Shown here piece by piece: positions 11,501 through 23,200 of a stretch of 64,000 nt of DNA (position 1 is the first letter of the stretch; each line of letters begins with the position of its first letter). Made by a program: the position numbers and the translations under genes. A model generated the notes under the pieces. That model was not told the origin of the DNA and ran no database searches. It worked only from the letters and a program-made list of their open reading frames with translations. The stretch is from positions 64,001-128,000 of IMG/VR virus record IMGVR_UViG_3300021961_000026. The stretch is one strand, 5' to 3'. This stretch comes from a virus.

Positions 11501-12111
11501 GTTATGTTAAAAATACTAGATTAGCAACAATGGCAGCACAAGCTGGAGATAAAGCAGCAGCATTTCAGTTTGGGCAAGCTGCAAAGAGAACAATGTATGG
11601 AGCAGATATATATGGTGCATCTGTAGATACCTTAAGTCTTGCGGTTCCCAAAAGAAAAAGAGAGCACTTTAGAGAAATGCTAAATGCCCCAGTAGAAGAT
11701 CGTAAGAAAATACTTTCTACAGCTGGAAGATTAGAGAGAAGAATCTATGAAGCTGCATGGGGTATGCAAGTAGAAAAAAGGCCTGACTTAGCTGAGTATT
11801 TTGAAAGGCACCAACTACCAGACGCATCTTGGGAAGGTTGGCATCCCAATACAAATATGGAGCATGTTAAGATTAAAGTTGGTCAGTCAATGGGCCTAGA
11901 AATGTCTCAAATGGGTTACTATCCACAACAGATAAAAGAAGCCACTTTAACCAATCCTTCATATCCTGATTTTTACAAAAAAGAAAATGATGAAGATGTT
12001 TTGTATAGGCTTAGAAGATTAATGAGCGGTAATGGAATCAGTGGATCAATAACTCCTGTTATGAATCCATTTGGTTCAAACAATATAGATATATCAGCTG
12101 GAGTTAGGTAA
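5527..12111 (+). CDS. Tape measure-like giant virion protein (2194 aa)
   Basis: GAGGAG RBS with a TTG start. Assigned from length, G/A/S-rich composition and position after the chaperones. Confidence 0.6.
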   Translation: MIRDRGPINNLGYGITSRDLPFNEGETEGVSRDSGYVSKALDGHPVMRFFAHTAASMAVAGVIGAGLKKGGLKLTEKLQEKLSTTTIKDIGQIRKHLDELQGVKRHIEGVNDPYEALVFRDKDSGELTTGYLGRDSEVHRGLYLTSDEIQQAGRGLTSEPAAVWSLKDDIQKKIIRAGRRMPYELPALYISQRGLSDQVFGEGENKRKLNWYNPADVISDFVKTSVSNVATMVLPFEVAGAGASAGKRSLSTFKNSMQHLNELSPIKQKSYKGFVDLTELLGEVGHDLASLSNRFLRTASQTSGAFNAAANALAEQPRIVDSLHKARFGMKEARRRSVQAQESQLKRAGQMAKGFAFGIDDEYGALDAIPAFRGLTQAVKKGRQEFKLFGQGYDAVQSSVKYNQLLSSGVSRDELQRAMNTIQSQYSSRFSKLSSQVAILGGGGPGDKSFNRSDFSLGQQQTEYKKLLARNLERKGLTTEEAESFATQLRVVGLTKGTDPTNIVSIGRNKITAEGDEYYRQMIDRFKGVKGGKDLAEKFNALAGTSSSSEAFLRNIIEDSNAQFFSKEFQTLTKNKIANQWNSFYRGDLVDIASSFLKPQKALFHDFVGPLGPGKQEFLQRKTAQSLGLKLKDSTGNIVSNDIVKGHLAKKGYDPNNFVQLRSFLIERNKMSSGIFNSGFNLFGLKPMLLDEAISSGRFQSKNANEQKVIGDLAKRMALNDPVSKSIGLTRLDGVYKTRSGNVLDFSSIKKTFAGVADFFASEFHIPIVKLNVADLFGYRSFSEIARRGPLQYSPGMTVQPFGDLAKTKSDFHIWHSTGGFLGTKGKVSTYSTDSFSGAVYGNELTGTYRPVPTNSTEMFSRHARLSSGMAGEASYDISGSSGSKFLDFVLGNSQRARGFKNAMAIDAEQPNSLFGLGKRFLSRNRDINNPRVLGKLISGEEVRYKSGTTYKTMKLDVGGNGLRVIDDAGNAVAGIEESDILRAYNSVRKQSFRSGFSSKFMRELEDSNQGLFTFGPMGSRVSQVGSPQDMTSMLDDIESALPGMANLIRQQGLDSSVVQKMYSRIRNLRSEADLLSRSQLSGRTPSINTRLEEIKSETFRFIAQSNALIGSGAQSKDELFITMQSVLQNMKKSLPAAQHAEAQAAVLSTLFNINAFSTFKQGIPNMENARQAAISFFNMSQGQAGQAVREAISPFTKGTFDLIGTNVRKPFSTFIPQMKRIFGTAQYELDDLSTDVLGSGQRTTFVPTFGTVFGKNPMAAIKSALGINTYSNPEGFSGMSVPISQGVERLNKYFGTLGMQLDVSKFKGPLDLYARGMVAKRVLPIYAAGTTAMTVDRTIGGMVGERDQYGEKVYSPYFTTKAARGVVELQSLVAGLAPGGMTADEKKEQLLDGEVPIRQGRFWPLGNTPFQGGKIMYYRPSWYRKLQGGALFTDDTYGSPAEKFLFYNDISPLRPLDPYRFERKHYADRPYPVSGEYFSGPWGPLTSMLNATVGRVLKPQVSMHDEEVMQALGGYVPAGQFGAYNTAGYSFGGYKAGVAGIGGGGSGPGFTAPNSSGMQITGQMMGANNARYAAAAGMPLATASNITRDAIAGLNAPLMQMSYGPPKQRGVMAPPIVPAGVPMSSGAAGYQMGEIGYRTQEMLGIYGFGFSSLREKFGFGKGDFEPDKAVLQSASKAYGTSRAFWDLNLGGLGDVPLTAQGALGNLEFSEIIRRFIPKDRTGVDYLNPIRNTMGQQYPFLPGAEYFTDFTRGDPFTKISEGELRLPGIGYERFNTLYSDQTGKYGVLNQLDILADVAPYSQQFKSVNKLAEKTITDPGQRTRLLEIQSQVAQTTKKYSFSPYEYKDKTASEAGMHPTLMRAAKFGEYIAHRDTLFNTKFLQKRTAVEDWERRNVYGSTFPEWQRPFESFIQPMINRATQRDPLSAAAALGFSGSLFGRTPRAKMFGSLIGAATGFTASTLGNAVETISGERYVPRERRKELALEEYTDILSYVKNTRLATMAAQAGDKAAAFQFGQAAKRTMYGADIYGASVDTLSLAVPKRKREHFREMLNAPVEDRKKILSTAGRLERRIYEAAWGMQVEKRPDLAEYFERHQLPDASWEGWHPNTNMEHVKIKVGQSMGLEMSQMGYYPQQIKEATLTNPSYPDFYKKENDEDVLYRLRRLMSGNGISGSITPVMNPFGSNNIDISAGVR

Positions 12112-12113
12112 AA

Positions 12114-15100
12114 ATGTCAGACATTATAAATCTTTTTGGTGGCAATGTTGCAATGGCAAAAAAGGCAGCTGACATAGCCTTACTTTCTACCGACTTAGGT
12201 CGTGGTGGAGTAGTAAAAGCACAGCTTAGCAATGTAAATGGTCAGCAAACAATTAAATACATTATGACTGCCACTGGCCAAGAGTACGACAGCGCTGAAG
12301 ATGCTTTCATTGCAGCCAGTACTTTAAGAGTAACTCAATTTGAAAGAATTGTTCCGTCTTCTGGTAAAGTTGGCGACATTGCTAATAATCCAAGAAGAGC
12401 TCAGATGGGCTCAATAATGGAATCAATGCAAAATGAATTTAATCTTAGAATGGGCAATAGCCAGATGTTTAGAGATTTTATTCAAAACATTACAGGTCAA
12501 ACTGGAACATCTCTTAACTTATCTATGGATGTAATTTCAACTTCCTCCAAAAGAGGTGGAGATGTAAAAGAATTTTTAGATTTAGCAAAAAAAGAATTAG
12601 GTGGATATATTCCGTTTGCAAGCGATGAAGGTGTAGATATCTTACAGTTTGCTATAAATAATAAAAAATTAACTACGTCAGAAACTCATCTTCTTTTATC
12701 ATTTCTTGGAAACGATATACTCAATCCAGCAAAAGTCATTGCAGGATTTGGTGCAGGTGGAACAGCAAATAAATTAGAAGATTTCTTAAGTAAAATTCCA
12801 AAAAGAGCTAGAGCCTTTACATCTGAAAGAGATATCACGTTGCAGCTTTCAGATTTAGTCCAATATATGGATAGGAAATATTATAAACCAGGAGCTTCTG
12901 TTACAGATGAAATGGGAGTTGTAATACAAGAAGGATTAGATGTTTTAAGGTCTCATAATGATAAATCACTAAAAGGAATAAAAGGTTCAAAAAAACTCAA
13001 GGTAAGAGCAAGAGATCAGTATGTATATAGAGTTATGCAAAATGTTGATACTCAAGCTATTATCAGCTCTTCAATGGAAAGAGCTCTCATTGGCATAGAT
13101 GATGATATAGCAAAAGACGCAATGAGAAATAAATTAAATTCTTATCTTCAATCAGATGATTTTAGAAATGCGTTAAGAAATTCAGGAACAAATAAAGATT
13201 TACAGGATTTTTATAGATCTGCAAATATTGATGATGACATTAAGGGTTTTCTTGATGACATCATGGACACTTCCGAAAAAGAATTTGATGGTAGAGCTGT
13301 CCTAAATAAAAAAGCTATTGATGGAGCAAAAAAGACATTAAAAGCAAGAATATCTCAAATTAAATCAGATATTCAAAATGGCGTTGGAGATATCGCAGAT
13401 AATCAAAAAGCTCTTCAACAGCTGCAAGGACAATTGGACATAGTTAGTAATGCTACCAATTTGTATCAAGTAACTGGTAGAGGTCAATTAGGTCCAGATT
13501 CTATAAAAACAGCTTTTGACATAAGAGCTTTAAGTGGAAATATGGAAAATATTTTATTTGTCATGGGATCATCTCAGCTAAAAAAAGATGTAAATTTAGC
13601 TATGGGCACAAATATGATTACGCTTAGCGGTTTTGGTAGTCCAAAAGAGCGTGTTTATGCTGATCCAGTTACTCTTGCATTTCATCCAGAAGCTTTTTCT
13701 ACAGAAGCAGATATTTTAAATTATAAAAACTACGCAGCAGGTATATCACAGCAATTTCAAGAAGCAGTCGAAAGTAATATTCTTCCAAAGAAGATAGAAA
13801 CAATGTTACAGAATGTAGTTGATGAAGATATATCTATGTTACCAGTTACATCTCAAGCTTCTAGGGGTAGATACAAAGAGCTAGCCAGAAAAACATTAGA
13901 GCTCCATCAGTCTGGAATTGGTCCTAAAAATTCTCCTTTAATGATGAACATGCTGCATTCAATGTTCCAAACAGAAGCATTTAAGGTTGTTACAAAGGGA
14001 GATAAAGAATTCTTCATGCCCGTTATGCCAGACGTAAATAGGTTTGCATTAGCTACGGAATCTACAGAAGCTATGGCTGGAGGAAGAAGTATCCTAGGAA
14101 AATATACAACTGCCTCTGGTAGAGGAGGCATGTCTGATATAACATTTGATTTAGCAAACGGAACTAGAGTTAATCAAGAATTGGCTAAATTTAGAGTATC
14201 AAATGGAACTGTCTTATTTCATGCAGGCGCTGTAAAAGAGTACTTCAATGCTTTGGGTGGATTTGACTTGGACGACAAAGGCTTGCCAAAATTAATGACA
14301 GCATCATATACTGATGATACAGGTAAACAAGTTAAAGACTTAATGTTTGCAATGGTTAGGCAGCCTTCTGGTCCACAAGAAATTATGTACACAAGTGCAG
14401 CACTAGATGATGTAGAAACCTTGCGACATTTCTTTGGTGAAGAATCTTTTATAGCAGAACTAGAGCAAATAAGGGGCACAAGCGATGCAGCTGAAGAGTT
14501 ACATAATATTTTAACAAACAAAAAAAGAAGATCAATATCTACAAATCTTACCGAAAGAGATATGAAAGATGTAATCATAGACGTATATGATTCGCTTTCA
14601 TCAAAAGGTAAAGCCAGCATTACTCAAGCTTCAGATAGGCTTTTGGAAAATGTAGCCCAATATGGCTCTTCGCCATTGAAAAATACAAATCTAACTACCA
14701 GGTTTGGCTTAGAAAGAGTTTTAAAATCATCAGAAGATATAGCAAATACTGAATATCAAGAATTTATGAGGAAAAAACTTCAACAAATACTTCCAGATTT
14801 TAAAAATCAAATCGATCAACAAACCTATTCTGACATTATGAGAGCAACAACTCCACAACAAATAGGTAATATAATATCAAATTTTGATGAATCTAAAAAT
14901 ATTGGACTCAGAGCTGCTATGGGACAAAGCATTTCTTCTTTCATGGCGGAAAGAGCAACTGCAGATGCAGATATTCTAGGCGTGTACGTTAATAGAAGCA
15001 TGGTTGTGGGTTCATCTTTAAATCAAATTGAAGACTTTGCAAAAAGATTAGATTCCGCAAAAATAGCCCAACTTCAAAAATATAATATAGGTTTAACTCT

Positions 15101-16805
15101 TCAGGAAACAGCAATTGACCGTGCAGTAACATTTAGTGCTCAAGCAGATTTTTTGGCAGAAGTTTCCAGAACCTCAGCTAGATTAGATCCAACTACTGGA
15201 AGAATATTTGTAGAAAATATTCTAAAAGAAAAATTAGGACAAGTTACAATGGATCAAGTTGGACTCAATGCAATGGAGAATCTTGGCAAAATGATGGGCG
15301 GAATGACGGCTATGTTCTATGGTGAGAATATGGCTGATCAAGACCTATTCCCTGTTATTGATCAAATTTTACTAGAAACAAGAATGACAACTGAAGGGGA
15401 TGTTCAAAAACTTCTTTCAGGAATGATATCTGGAATTAAAGATGTATCTAAAGAATTTGGTTATCAAGATCAAAGGATTGAAGATCTTTTGTCTGAAATG
15501 ACAAAAGCATCAGTAAGTAAGGAAAGGGGCATGCAATTCCTTACCGAAAGATTTGCTGCTCAAGCGTCTCATAGATATGCGTCAACCGCAAGGGCAGTGG
15601 AAGCAGCTGCTAAGGTTAATGCAGAGATGGATGCTCTAGCACGACTTGCTTTTGCTGGAGTAGTTCCCGACCAAATATTAATGTCTACTAGCGTATCTCA
15701 AGAAGCTTCAAATGTAGCTGATTATTTATTAGATAGAAATGCAAAAATGCTAGACGAGTTATTTTCTAAGTCAGCAAAAGAAATGGGTGATACAGAAAGG
15801 GATAAATTTGCTATTCAAAAGTTTTATCAATCACAAAGAGTATCCGCAGAGCTTTCTGAAGCATCTAGATTAAGTGGCAGAAGTCAAGAAGAAATACTAA
15901 ACGCCATGGAAAAAAGAGCTGCACAAAGAGGCATAAAATTCAGGTCATTTGAAAAATTAGATTTTGCAGATGATCAAGGAAGATCTTTTTATCAAAAATT
16001 ATTGTATGCAAGAACTAGAAGACAAAGACAATTTTATCAAAGAGCATTATCACAAGATCAGTTAACATCTTTTGAAAATGTTGCAAATATGATAGATGCA
16101 GGTGTAACAGCTGGAGCAGATCCTTACACAATGGCAAATGCTGGAGTTACTTCAATAACACAAGATGATTTAGACTTGCTTGATGAAATAGAGTCAGGAA
16201 AAGGATCTGAGAATAATTCAATTATTAGAAATATAAATGCTGAAAAAAAATTAGATCAACAGGTTGTGGATGAAATATCAACAGCAACAAGTGCTCAAGT
16301 TGTTGATCTTAAAGATGACACTTTTAATAAAGGGATTCAAGCAGCCATAGATGGAGATGAATATTCAAGATATCTACCTGGAAATACTCCATATAAAAGA
16401 TTTACTAATTTTGTTAAAGATGGAGAATTAAAGAATCTTTTTACAGAAAACGCAACATTTAGGCGTTCAATATATGCAGTGGGGGCTTTAGTTGCTGGAA
16501 GTTTTATTTACTCTGCAGTTAAAGATCATACTGCCGAGAAGATTCAAGGGCCACCACTTCTTCCTGGTGGATCGGCATATGAACAACAATATCCAAATAG
16601 AGCATCTGAAATTCCTCAGATTGGGACTGTAAATTATAATCCTGGAGTGTCTTATAAAGTTAATTTATATGGCAATAGACAAGATGTAGATAGCTTCAGG
16701 TCTATGGTCATGGAACTCGGAAATTTTGATATGAACACTACTATGTACTCAGGGATCCCAGATGTAGGTAAAGATCCATATGCCGAGATGGCAAGTTCTT
16801 ATTAA
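12114..16805 (+). CDS. Large helical virion-associated protein (1563 aa; second tape-measure-like or injected protein)
   Basis: Long uninterrupted ORF coupled to the previous gene, with a hydrophobic segment near the C-terminus (IYAVGALVAGSFIYSAV). Confidence 0.5.
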   Translation: MSDIINLFGGNVAMAKKAADIALLSTDLGRGGVVKAQLSNVNGQQTIKYIMTATGQEYDSAEDAFIAASTLRVTQFERIVPSSGKVGDIANNPRRAQMGSIMESMQNEFNLRMGNSQMFRDFIQNITGQTGTSLNLSMDVISTSSKRGGDVKEFLDLAKKELGGYIPFASDEGVDILQFAINNKKLTTSETHLLLSFLGNDILNPAKVIAGFGAGGTANKLEDFLSKIPKRARAFTSERDITLQLSDLVQYMDRKYYKPGASVTDEMGVVIQEGLDVLRSHNDKSLKGIKGSKKLKVRARDQYVYRVMQNVDTQAIISSSMERALIGIDDDIAKDAMRNKLNSYLQSDDFRNALRNSGTNKDLQDFYRSANIDDDIKGFLDDIMDTSEKEFDGRAVLNKKAIDGAKKTLKARISQIKSDIQNGVGDIADNQKALQQLQGQLDIVSNATNLYQVTGRGQLGPDSIKTAFDIRALSGNMENILFVMGSSQLKKDVNLAMGTNMITLSGFGSPKERVYADPVTLAFHPEAFSTEADILNYKNYAAGISQQFQEAVESNILPKKIETMLQNVVDEDISMLPVTSQASRGRYKELARKTLELHQSGIGPKNSPLMMNMLHSMFQTEAFKVVTKGDKEFFMPVMPDVNRFALATESTEAMAGGRSILGKYTTASGRGGMSDITFDLANGTRVNQELAKFRVSNGTVLFHAGAVKEYFNALGGFDLDDKGLPKLMTASYTDDTGKQVKDLMFAMVRQPSGPQEIMYTSAALDDVETLRHFFGEESFIAELEQIRGTSDAAEELHNILTNKKRRSISTNLTERDMKDVIIDVYDSLSSKGKASITQASDRLLENVAQYGSSPLKNTNLTTRFGLERVLKSSEDIANTEYQEFMRKKLQQILPDFKNQIDQQTYSDIMRATTPQQIGNIISNFDESKNIGLRAAMGQSISSFMAERATADADILGVYVNRSMVVGSSLNQIEDFAKRLDSAKIAQLQKYNIGLTLQETAIDRAVTFSAQADFLAEVSRTSARLDPTTGRIFVENILKEKLGQVTMDQVGLNAMENLGKMMGGMTAMFYGENMADQDLFPVIDQILLETRMTTEGDVQKLLSGMISGIKDVSKEFGYQDQRIEDLLSEMTKASVSKERGMQFLTERFAAQASHRYASTARAVEAAAKVNAEMDALARLAFAGVVPDQILMSTSVSQEASNVADYLLDRNAKMLDELFSKSAKEMGDTERDKFAIQKFYQSQRVSAELSEASRLSGRSQEEILNAMEKRAAQRGIKFRSFEKLDFADDQGRSFYQKLLYARTRRQRQFYQRALSQDQLTSFENVANMIDAGVTAGADPYTMANAGVTSITQDDLDLLDEIESGKGSENNSIIRNINAEKKLDQQVVDEISTATSAQVVDLKDDTFNKGIQAAIDGDEYSRYLPGNTPYKRFTNFVKDGELKNLFTENATFRRSIYAVGALVAGSFIYSAVKDHTAEKIQGPPLLPGGSAYEQQYPNRASEIPQIGTVNYNPGVSYKVNLYGNRQDVDSFRSMVMELGNFDMNTTMYSGIPDVGKDPYAEMASSY

Positions 16806-16819
16806 GGATTAATTTTAAT

Positions 16820-17278
16820 ATGATTTTCGGTGCAGATGTACAGAATAAGAACCTAAAAGACGCAGGTTCAAAGCCTAAAGATACATCTAGTAGAACTCTT
16901 ACATCAAATAAGTATGCCGCAAGGATATCATCTAGTAAAAATACTTCAGTAGGCGCAGATACTTCTAGTGCCCCAAGTGTGTCTCAAGAATCAAGATCTA
17001 GAATAAATAAATCTGATAATATCAAAGGTTCCTGGGAGGGACTAGATAAATCCTCCAGCGCCTACATAAGCATGAATGGATCTGGATATGACAATAAAGC
17101 TTTGCAAACAGCAAGGAACAACAAACCTCAAGCTAGTCATGGTTCAGTAAATTTTTCTCAAGAATCGTTTACAAAACGTAATTCTTTAGATATAATTAAT
17201 AATATGTCTAGAAGCTCATCTTCTAAGTCTTCTTCGGAGAAGGTCACAATGATCAATAAAAGAAACAACCTACTTTAA
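16820..17278 (+). CDS. Hypothetical Ser/Lys/Asn-rich low-complexity protein
   Basis: AAGGA RBS; fills the gap between two large genes. Confidence 0.6.
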   Translation: MIFGADVQNKNLKDAGSKPKDTSSRTLTSNKYAARISSSKNTSVGADTSSAPSVSQESRSRINKSDNIKGSWEGLDKSSSAYISMNGSGYDNKALQTARNNKPQASHGSVNFSQESFTKRNSLDIINNMSRSSSSKSSSEKVTMINKRNNLL

Positions 17279-17289
17279 AGGTAAATGTA

Positions 17290-20200
17290 ATGGCTTCTAC
17301 TACAATATCTGGTCCAATAACAAGTGTAATAAATTCACTTAATTCTAAAAATGAATTCAATAAACTTATCACTGGACTTAAAGCTCTTAAAAAGAAATCT
17401 GATAACGATCTTTCTAATTTGTTAGTTAATGAACGGAGCTTTTGCTAGCCAGTTTGATGTTAGCACTTTTGACAATTTAAAGTTAGTCACCATTCTTTAT
17501 TGGGACAGTTCTGGTATCGACCTATACGCTAACACCGCAGTAGATTCTTGTATTAAAGTTTTTTATAAAAAGGCAACAGTTCAAGAGGGACTGGAAGAGT
17601 ATGTCAAATACTACAATACCTTTATAAAGGATCCAACTTCTGCGGCAGTTCTTCCGACTCCAAATACTAATTCAAATAGAAATAGGGTAAGAGGAGATTT
17701 CTGGGTTAGATATATATATCCTGCTACATCTTTTGAGTATAAATTTGAAAGAGCTGTTGCAGAAGAAGTAATAAATTTAATGATAGCCAGAGTTACTGGA
17801 TGGTCTAAATATACTTATGGCGCATATACCAATATACTCGACTATGTAAAGGCTATAGAGTCCGCTTCATCGAGCGAGAAAAAAGAAGAAGAACTAGAAG
17901 ATGCAATTAATGCAGCAGGGTCTCAAGAGTTTCAAAGAATTCTGCAAAAAGTATTTAATAATGATAATGTTCTTATAATTAATTTTGAAACAACAATTAT
18001 AGGCAAAGCCTTTGAGTTATCCTCTTTAACATCTCAAGATAACGCAGATCTTCGTTCGGCTGAAAGAATCTCTAACATGTGGAGGGTTTTTGCTCCAGGG
18101 GATTCTGGTGATTCACCAGCAGGTAACTTAACTCCAGATCAACTTGATAAACTATTCTCCAGAATAGAATCATCTGGCCTTTTAGCGCTCGCTACCTATG
18201 CGGTAGATATACAGTCCTATGCTAAACAAAGATTTAATCTTTTGGCAAAAGATAATGTATCTCAAAAAGAATTAATAGACAAGAGGAAGGGCGTTGATGT
18301 TCAGTGGCATCAACAACTTCTTGAAGTTACACAGAGAATATCTAGAGATCCAATTCTCCTAGGAATGATTAATGTATATTTTCCTAGTTTAGTTAAATTC
18401 TACTTTGAGGCTTTGGCTGTAGTTGGAGATTATTCTAATAATGGAGTTGGCGGTGGAACTGAAGATGAGATAAATGACCCACAAGCATTTATTGAATCCT
18501 TAGAAGCTGTTTTTGGAACCGCTGATGGAAAGAAGATTTTTACGCATGCTTCTAATTTCCAAAACACTTCTAAAAAAATTGAAAATGTATTAAAGAATTC
18601 TCCATACAGACCTAATAATCAACCATCTGCTCCAGATATGTTCCATTTAAGATTAGGCGCTGCAAACTTTTTTGTGCCACCATTATCAATAGATATTAAT
18701 ACAGCCTTTAAGACGGGAAGCTTAACAGGTGGAGCTTTAAGACAAAAGAACACTCCAAAATTTAATTCTGGTTATAAAGAAACTTCTATAAGAATGAGAT
18801 TATTTTTTCCTAACTACGAAGAAATTTGGGGAATAACTATAGATGAAGCCTCGCAAATATATATAACAGATAATTATGAAATAGATTTTAAAACTGGAAA
18901 AACAAGTGATGAAAAAATAGATAAGTTTCTTTCATCGCTAAGGGGACTTGTAGCTGCTTTTAAATATTCTCCATTCCTTCCCGTTAGAAACCACTATCTC
19001 AATAGTGTTCATGGGATAAGTGCTGTAGCACTTAGTAATATTTCTATTTCTACTGTTCCAAACTTTCCTTTTGCCTTGGCAGTTGATCTTGAGTTATTGA
19101 ATTTTAACCATAAGCCATTCCTACCTATGCTTAGAGACTTTAACCAAGCTATTCACTGGGGTAAGTATAGACAATATATGGGCAAAGCTGCTGGAGCAAT
19201 GCATAATTACGTCAATGGTCAATTCTTAATGAAAACTACTGACAAAAAAGTAGAAGATGAATCGATTAATAATCCAAAAACAAATCAATCTTTAGGAATA
19301 CCTTCATCATATGATGAATATAACGGGTCTGAAGAGTCTACCTATTCTAACGAAGTATTTAAAACAAATGTGTTGAGCGAATGGGAAGATGGAAAGCATT
19401 TATCATTCTTTATTCCAGCAGAAACTCAGACAAAGATCTTCATGCCAGACTCCACTACATTTAGAACTGATCAAGAAAAGCTAATGAAAGATTGGAGCGG
19501 AAATGCCTTCTGGGAAGGATTGCTTAAATCGCTTGGTATAGCTGACGTAAATCAATCAGCAAGCTATGGAGTAACTCTTAATGGCGTTTATTCTTTAATG
19601 ACAGATGGAATAATCCCAACACGAGCAAGAGTAGCCGTAAGAGATGCAATAGATATTTTAACCGCTGGCATGAATTCTTCTTCTACAAAGAAATTAATTC
19701 ATTCTTATTTAGCTAGGAATTTTGTTCAAGAAAATAATAATCTTTCCGAAAATGAAAAAAAATATATTCTAGATTTAGAAGATAATTCTCTAAATGGTTC
19801 TATTGTTCAATTAACTTATTATTTCTTTGGTAAAGAATTTTCTGATACAACGATTGCTAAGATGAAATCTTACATAGTTAAGATCGGTGAAAAAGACAAA
19901 GGTAAAAATTATTTAGATAACCTAGTAGATAGTGAAACAAAAAAAAGACTGGGTCGTTCAAGTAAAAAGTTAGATACAAACAGTAAAGAATATAAAAGAG
20001 TAAGAAATCAAGTATTTGAAGAAATCAAAAACGCTTTTAATATAGAGCTTTACGAAAGATTCTATAAGAGCGCTGCCGCACAAAAGTTAATGGAAAGCTC
20101 TTGGGCTAGAAGTGGTTCATTCCTATTCAGGGAATGGGAAGTTCCTATGAACCAGGTTGATTTAAATCCTAATTCGGTTGTAATTAATGGTGTAACCGTA

Positions 20201-23200
20201 ACAACTGGCAATAATTTAGCAAAGTTGCACCTTCAGATGCAGGATGAGCCAACCTATCAACATATAGGTGGAAAAGATACTTACATTAATATATCAATGA
20301 CCGTAACTGGTGAAAAAGAATTGATGAAATTTAAGAAGGTATTTGACCATATAACCAGCCTTGCAAGACTCGAGCATTCTACTGGAGTTATAGGCTTTAT
20401 GGGAATTAAGAATGTTATAACTGCTCTATGTGGAATCAAATATGTCATACCACTTAATTATTCGGTAAATACAACTCCAAACTACCCTCATGTTTATCAG
20501 GTTAATTTAAGCCTAATTGATTTTGATATCTTTCAGCAGGGCAGAGAAAAAATTAGCTCACAACAACAAGCTGAGTTAATTGAGCACTTCCAAACAAAGA
20601 AAAATCCGTTCTTAAGAATAAAGCAAATGTGGGGAACATTTAATTCTTACCCAGATTTTCCACTTCAAATTAAAGATGAAAACAATGAAGTGGTTGGTCA
20701 CCTAGATCCTGATTTTTATTTCAGGTCTTTTGATATTTTTGATAGAGATGTTATTTACAACACATCAGAACCAAAGGGTGAAATCCCCTATTTTATGGAT
20801 GACGAGGAATTTGACAAGCTAATTGAAAGAATTCAAGGAGACATACCACAAGATCTAAGGCCAGAAAATAACGCACACGCCTCGATTATAGATCTAATAA
20901 CTAGATGGATGAGAGAGTATTCTCTACTGAGCGATCTTGCAACTAAGAAAAAGAAAATTAAATCTATTATAGATGAGTTGGAATCAAAGGGAATTTATAA
21001 GTCAACTTTCCTTCAAATACTAACAGCTCTGTCAAAAAAGAAAAACCTTATTGATGAATCTTATACCAAGAGATCATTTAGTGATCAAGATAGAGTAAAG
21101 TTAATCACTGATTACATTGAGTACACAGAAACAACTAGAAAACCAGATACAGAAGCCGATTTTTCTAACACCGTTCGCAGTGCTCCGCTTCAAGTTGGCA
21201 ACGTAAGCTCTTCTAATGAGCAGATGTTTGAACTAATTTCCAACGCTTTGTCTGGCGAATATAATCTGGATGGAGAAAATGAAATAAGCTTTGATCCGGA
21301 TGAATTGAGTCTGCATGCTCTCATATCCATGATGCCCATCAGAGATCCGCAAGAACCATCAAAGATACCAGCAATTATGAATACAGCTTATGGTGTTAAC
21401 TTTGGATATATAGATACAGAAAAAAATGGAAGATTTTATCTTACTGTCGATGGATCCAATGTTCAGGCTAATAGCAGCAAGAAAAATAAAGACAAAGCAA
21501 AACCTAAGCCAGTAACAGACCCTTCAAGACCTGAGCTTGGAGCAACAAAACCAACTACTTTCTCAACAGCAAAGGCTTTTTCTGAATATCAAAATAGCGT
21601 TTCAGCTGGAGTAAATTCTGGTCCAGAATCGGTTAATTCAGGAGCCAAAGTTCCTTCAGTGACTGGTCACTGGGAAAAGATGTTAGTTGATACTCAGTAT
21701 AGAGACATATCTGGAAGAATGATTAGAGCTTTCCCCACGTATATGCTTTGGCTCATCGATGAGGGTGGCTATTTTGCTGGCTATAAAATGTTTGACAACT
21801 TCTATGGACTTCAATCAATTATAGATTTCTCAGTAATATCATCAGAAGATCTACTTGGTGACACTTTAGTGTTCCGTGTCTCAAATCTTTACTCTAAGCT
21901 TACAAGAAAAGAATCAGATAAAATATTTGGTCCAGATGATCCAGCCTATACACCAGATAATCCATCATTAACCGATAGTTTGTCTGCAATAGTTGATAGC
22001 ACTCTTAATAAAGCTAAATATATTCTTTCACACATGAAGAGTGAATATGTTGTAGATATTGAAAACATAAGATTAAAGCCAGGTGTTAGAGTTCACCTAA
22101 GGGGTGGTTATGGATCCAACCCAAATTCTCTTCAGACACTGTTTAATGGAACAATAACCGAGGTTGATGCTGGAGAAATAATAACTGTAACAGCTCAATC
22201 TGACGCAATTGAACTTGGTGCAATAGTTAACTCCACAAACAAAAAGGGCGATACAGGAAAGATTGACGGTGGAGTTAACACTGGTCTTTGGTTGTCTGAG
22301 CCAAGAGACCTTATGGTCAGATTGCTTTCTATGGGAACTTCTCGTTTTAGAGAAGGCATAGCTTATGCTACAGATGGTTTAATCTTCTCAGAAAATAAAT
22401 TTGGCATAAGGCATTTTGGTTCAATATTATATGAAACACTAAACGACGCAGAATCAATAAGGCAGCAGTCGAGAATTGAATCAATAGCTAACGCACACGC
22501 ACTTGTTGGAAGTGGACAGTATTCAAAGATAGCTGGAAAGATGGTCGATGTAGCGGTAGATACTACGCAACAAATAGCAGCAGCTCCGACTGATCTACTT
22601 GGAATAACTGGAACTAATGGATTTAGATCTCCAGTATTTAGTTTAATGAATGAGATGTGGGCAAATTTTGCTGGGCAAAGAGATTTGGAAATATTTAAAA
22701 GAAATATATATCCAGGAAATGGTACAGGTATAGCTCAATTCTTAGGTGGAGATATAGGAGATGGCTGGACAAGCGTTTCAAGCGTCACTCCAGAGAATAT
22801 GCCCAATGAAAGAATGGAATATCTTGGCAGGTTAACTGATTCAGCTTGGAATAGCCTATTGAGTGCAAATCAAGAGGGTAATACAGAAGCTAAAAAAGTC
22901 GTTGAAGAAGTTACAATGCGTTCAGAGCTTAACGCATCTGGTAGCGCTCAAGTGGCTAGTAAGTTGGCAACAATAGGAATCGGAGCTGCACTAACCGCAG
23001 TTGGTGGTCCAGTAACAGGTACTATCGGTCTTGGCCTTGGTCTCACTGGCGTTCTTATGGGCAGGGGGGGGACTAATATATGGAGAACTCTTGGTTTTGT
23101 TTCTCCGAATGACGATGACGACATGCCAGGATTTGATGAGGTTTCATTTAGGGCCCAAACCTACATGAGAACAGTTTGGGACCTATTTCAAGTCTGTGCA

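Noticed and set aside
23061-23072. G8 homopolymer as a slippage or phase-variation site
   Set aside because: The reading frame is intact across it (GRGGT) and nothing else indicates variation.
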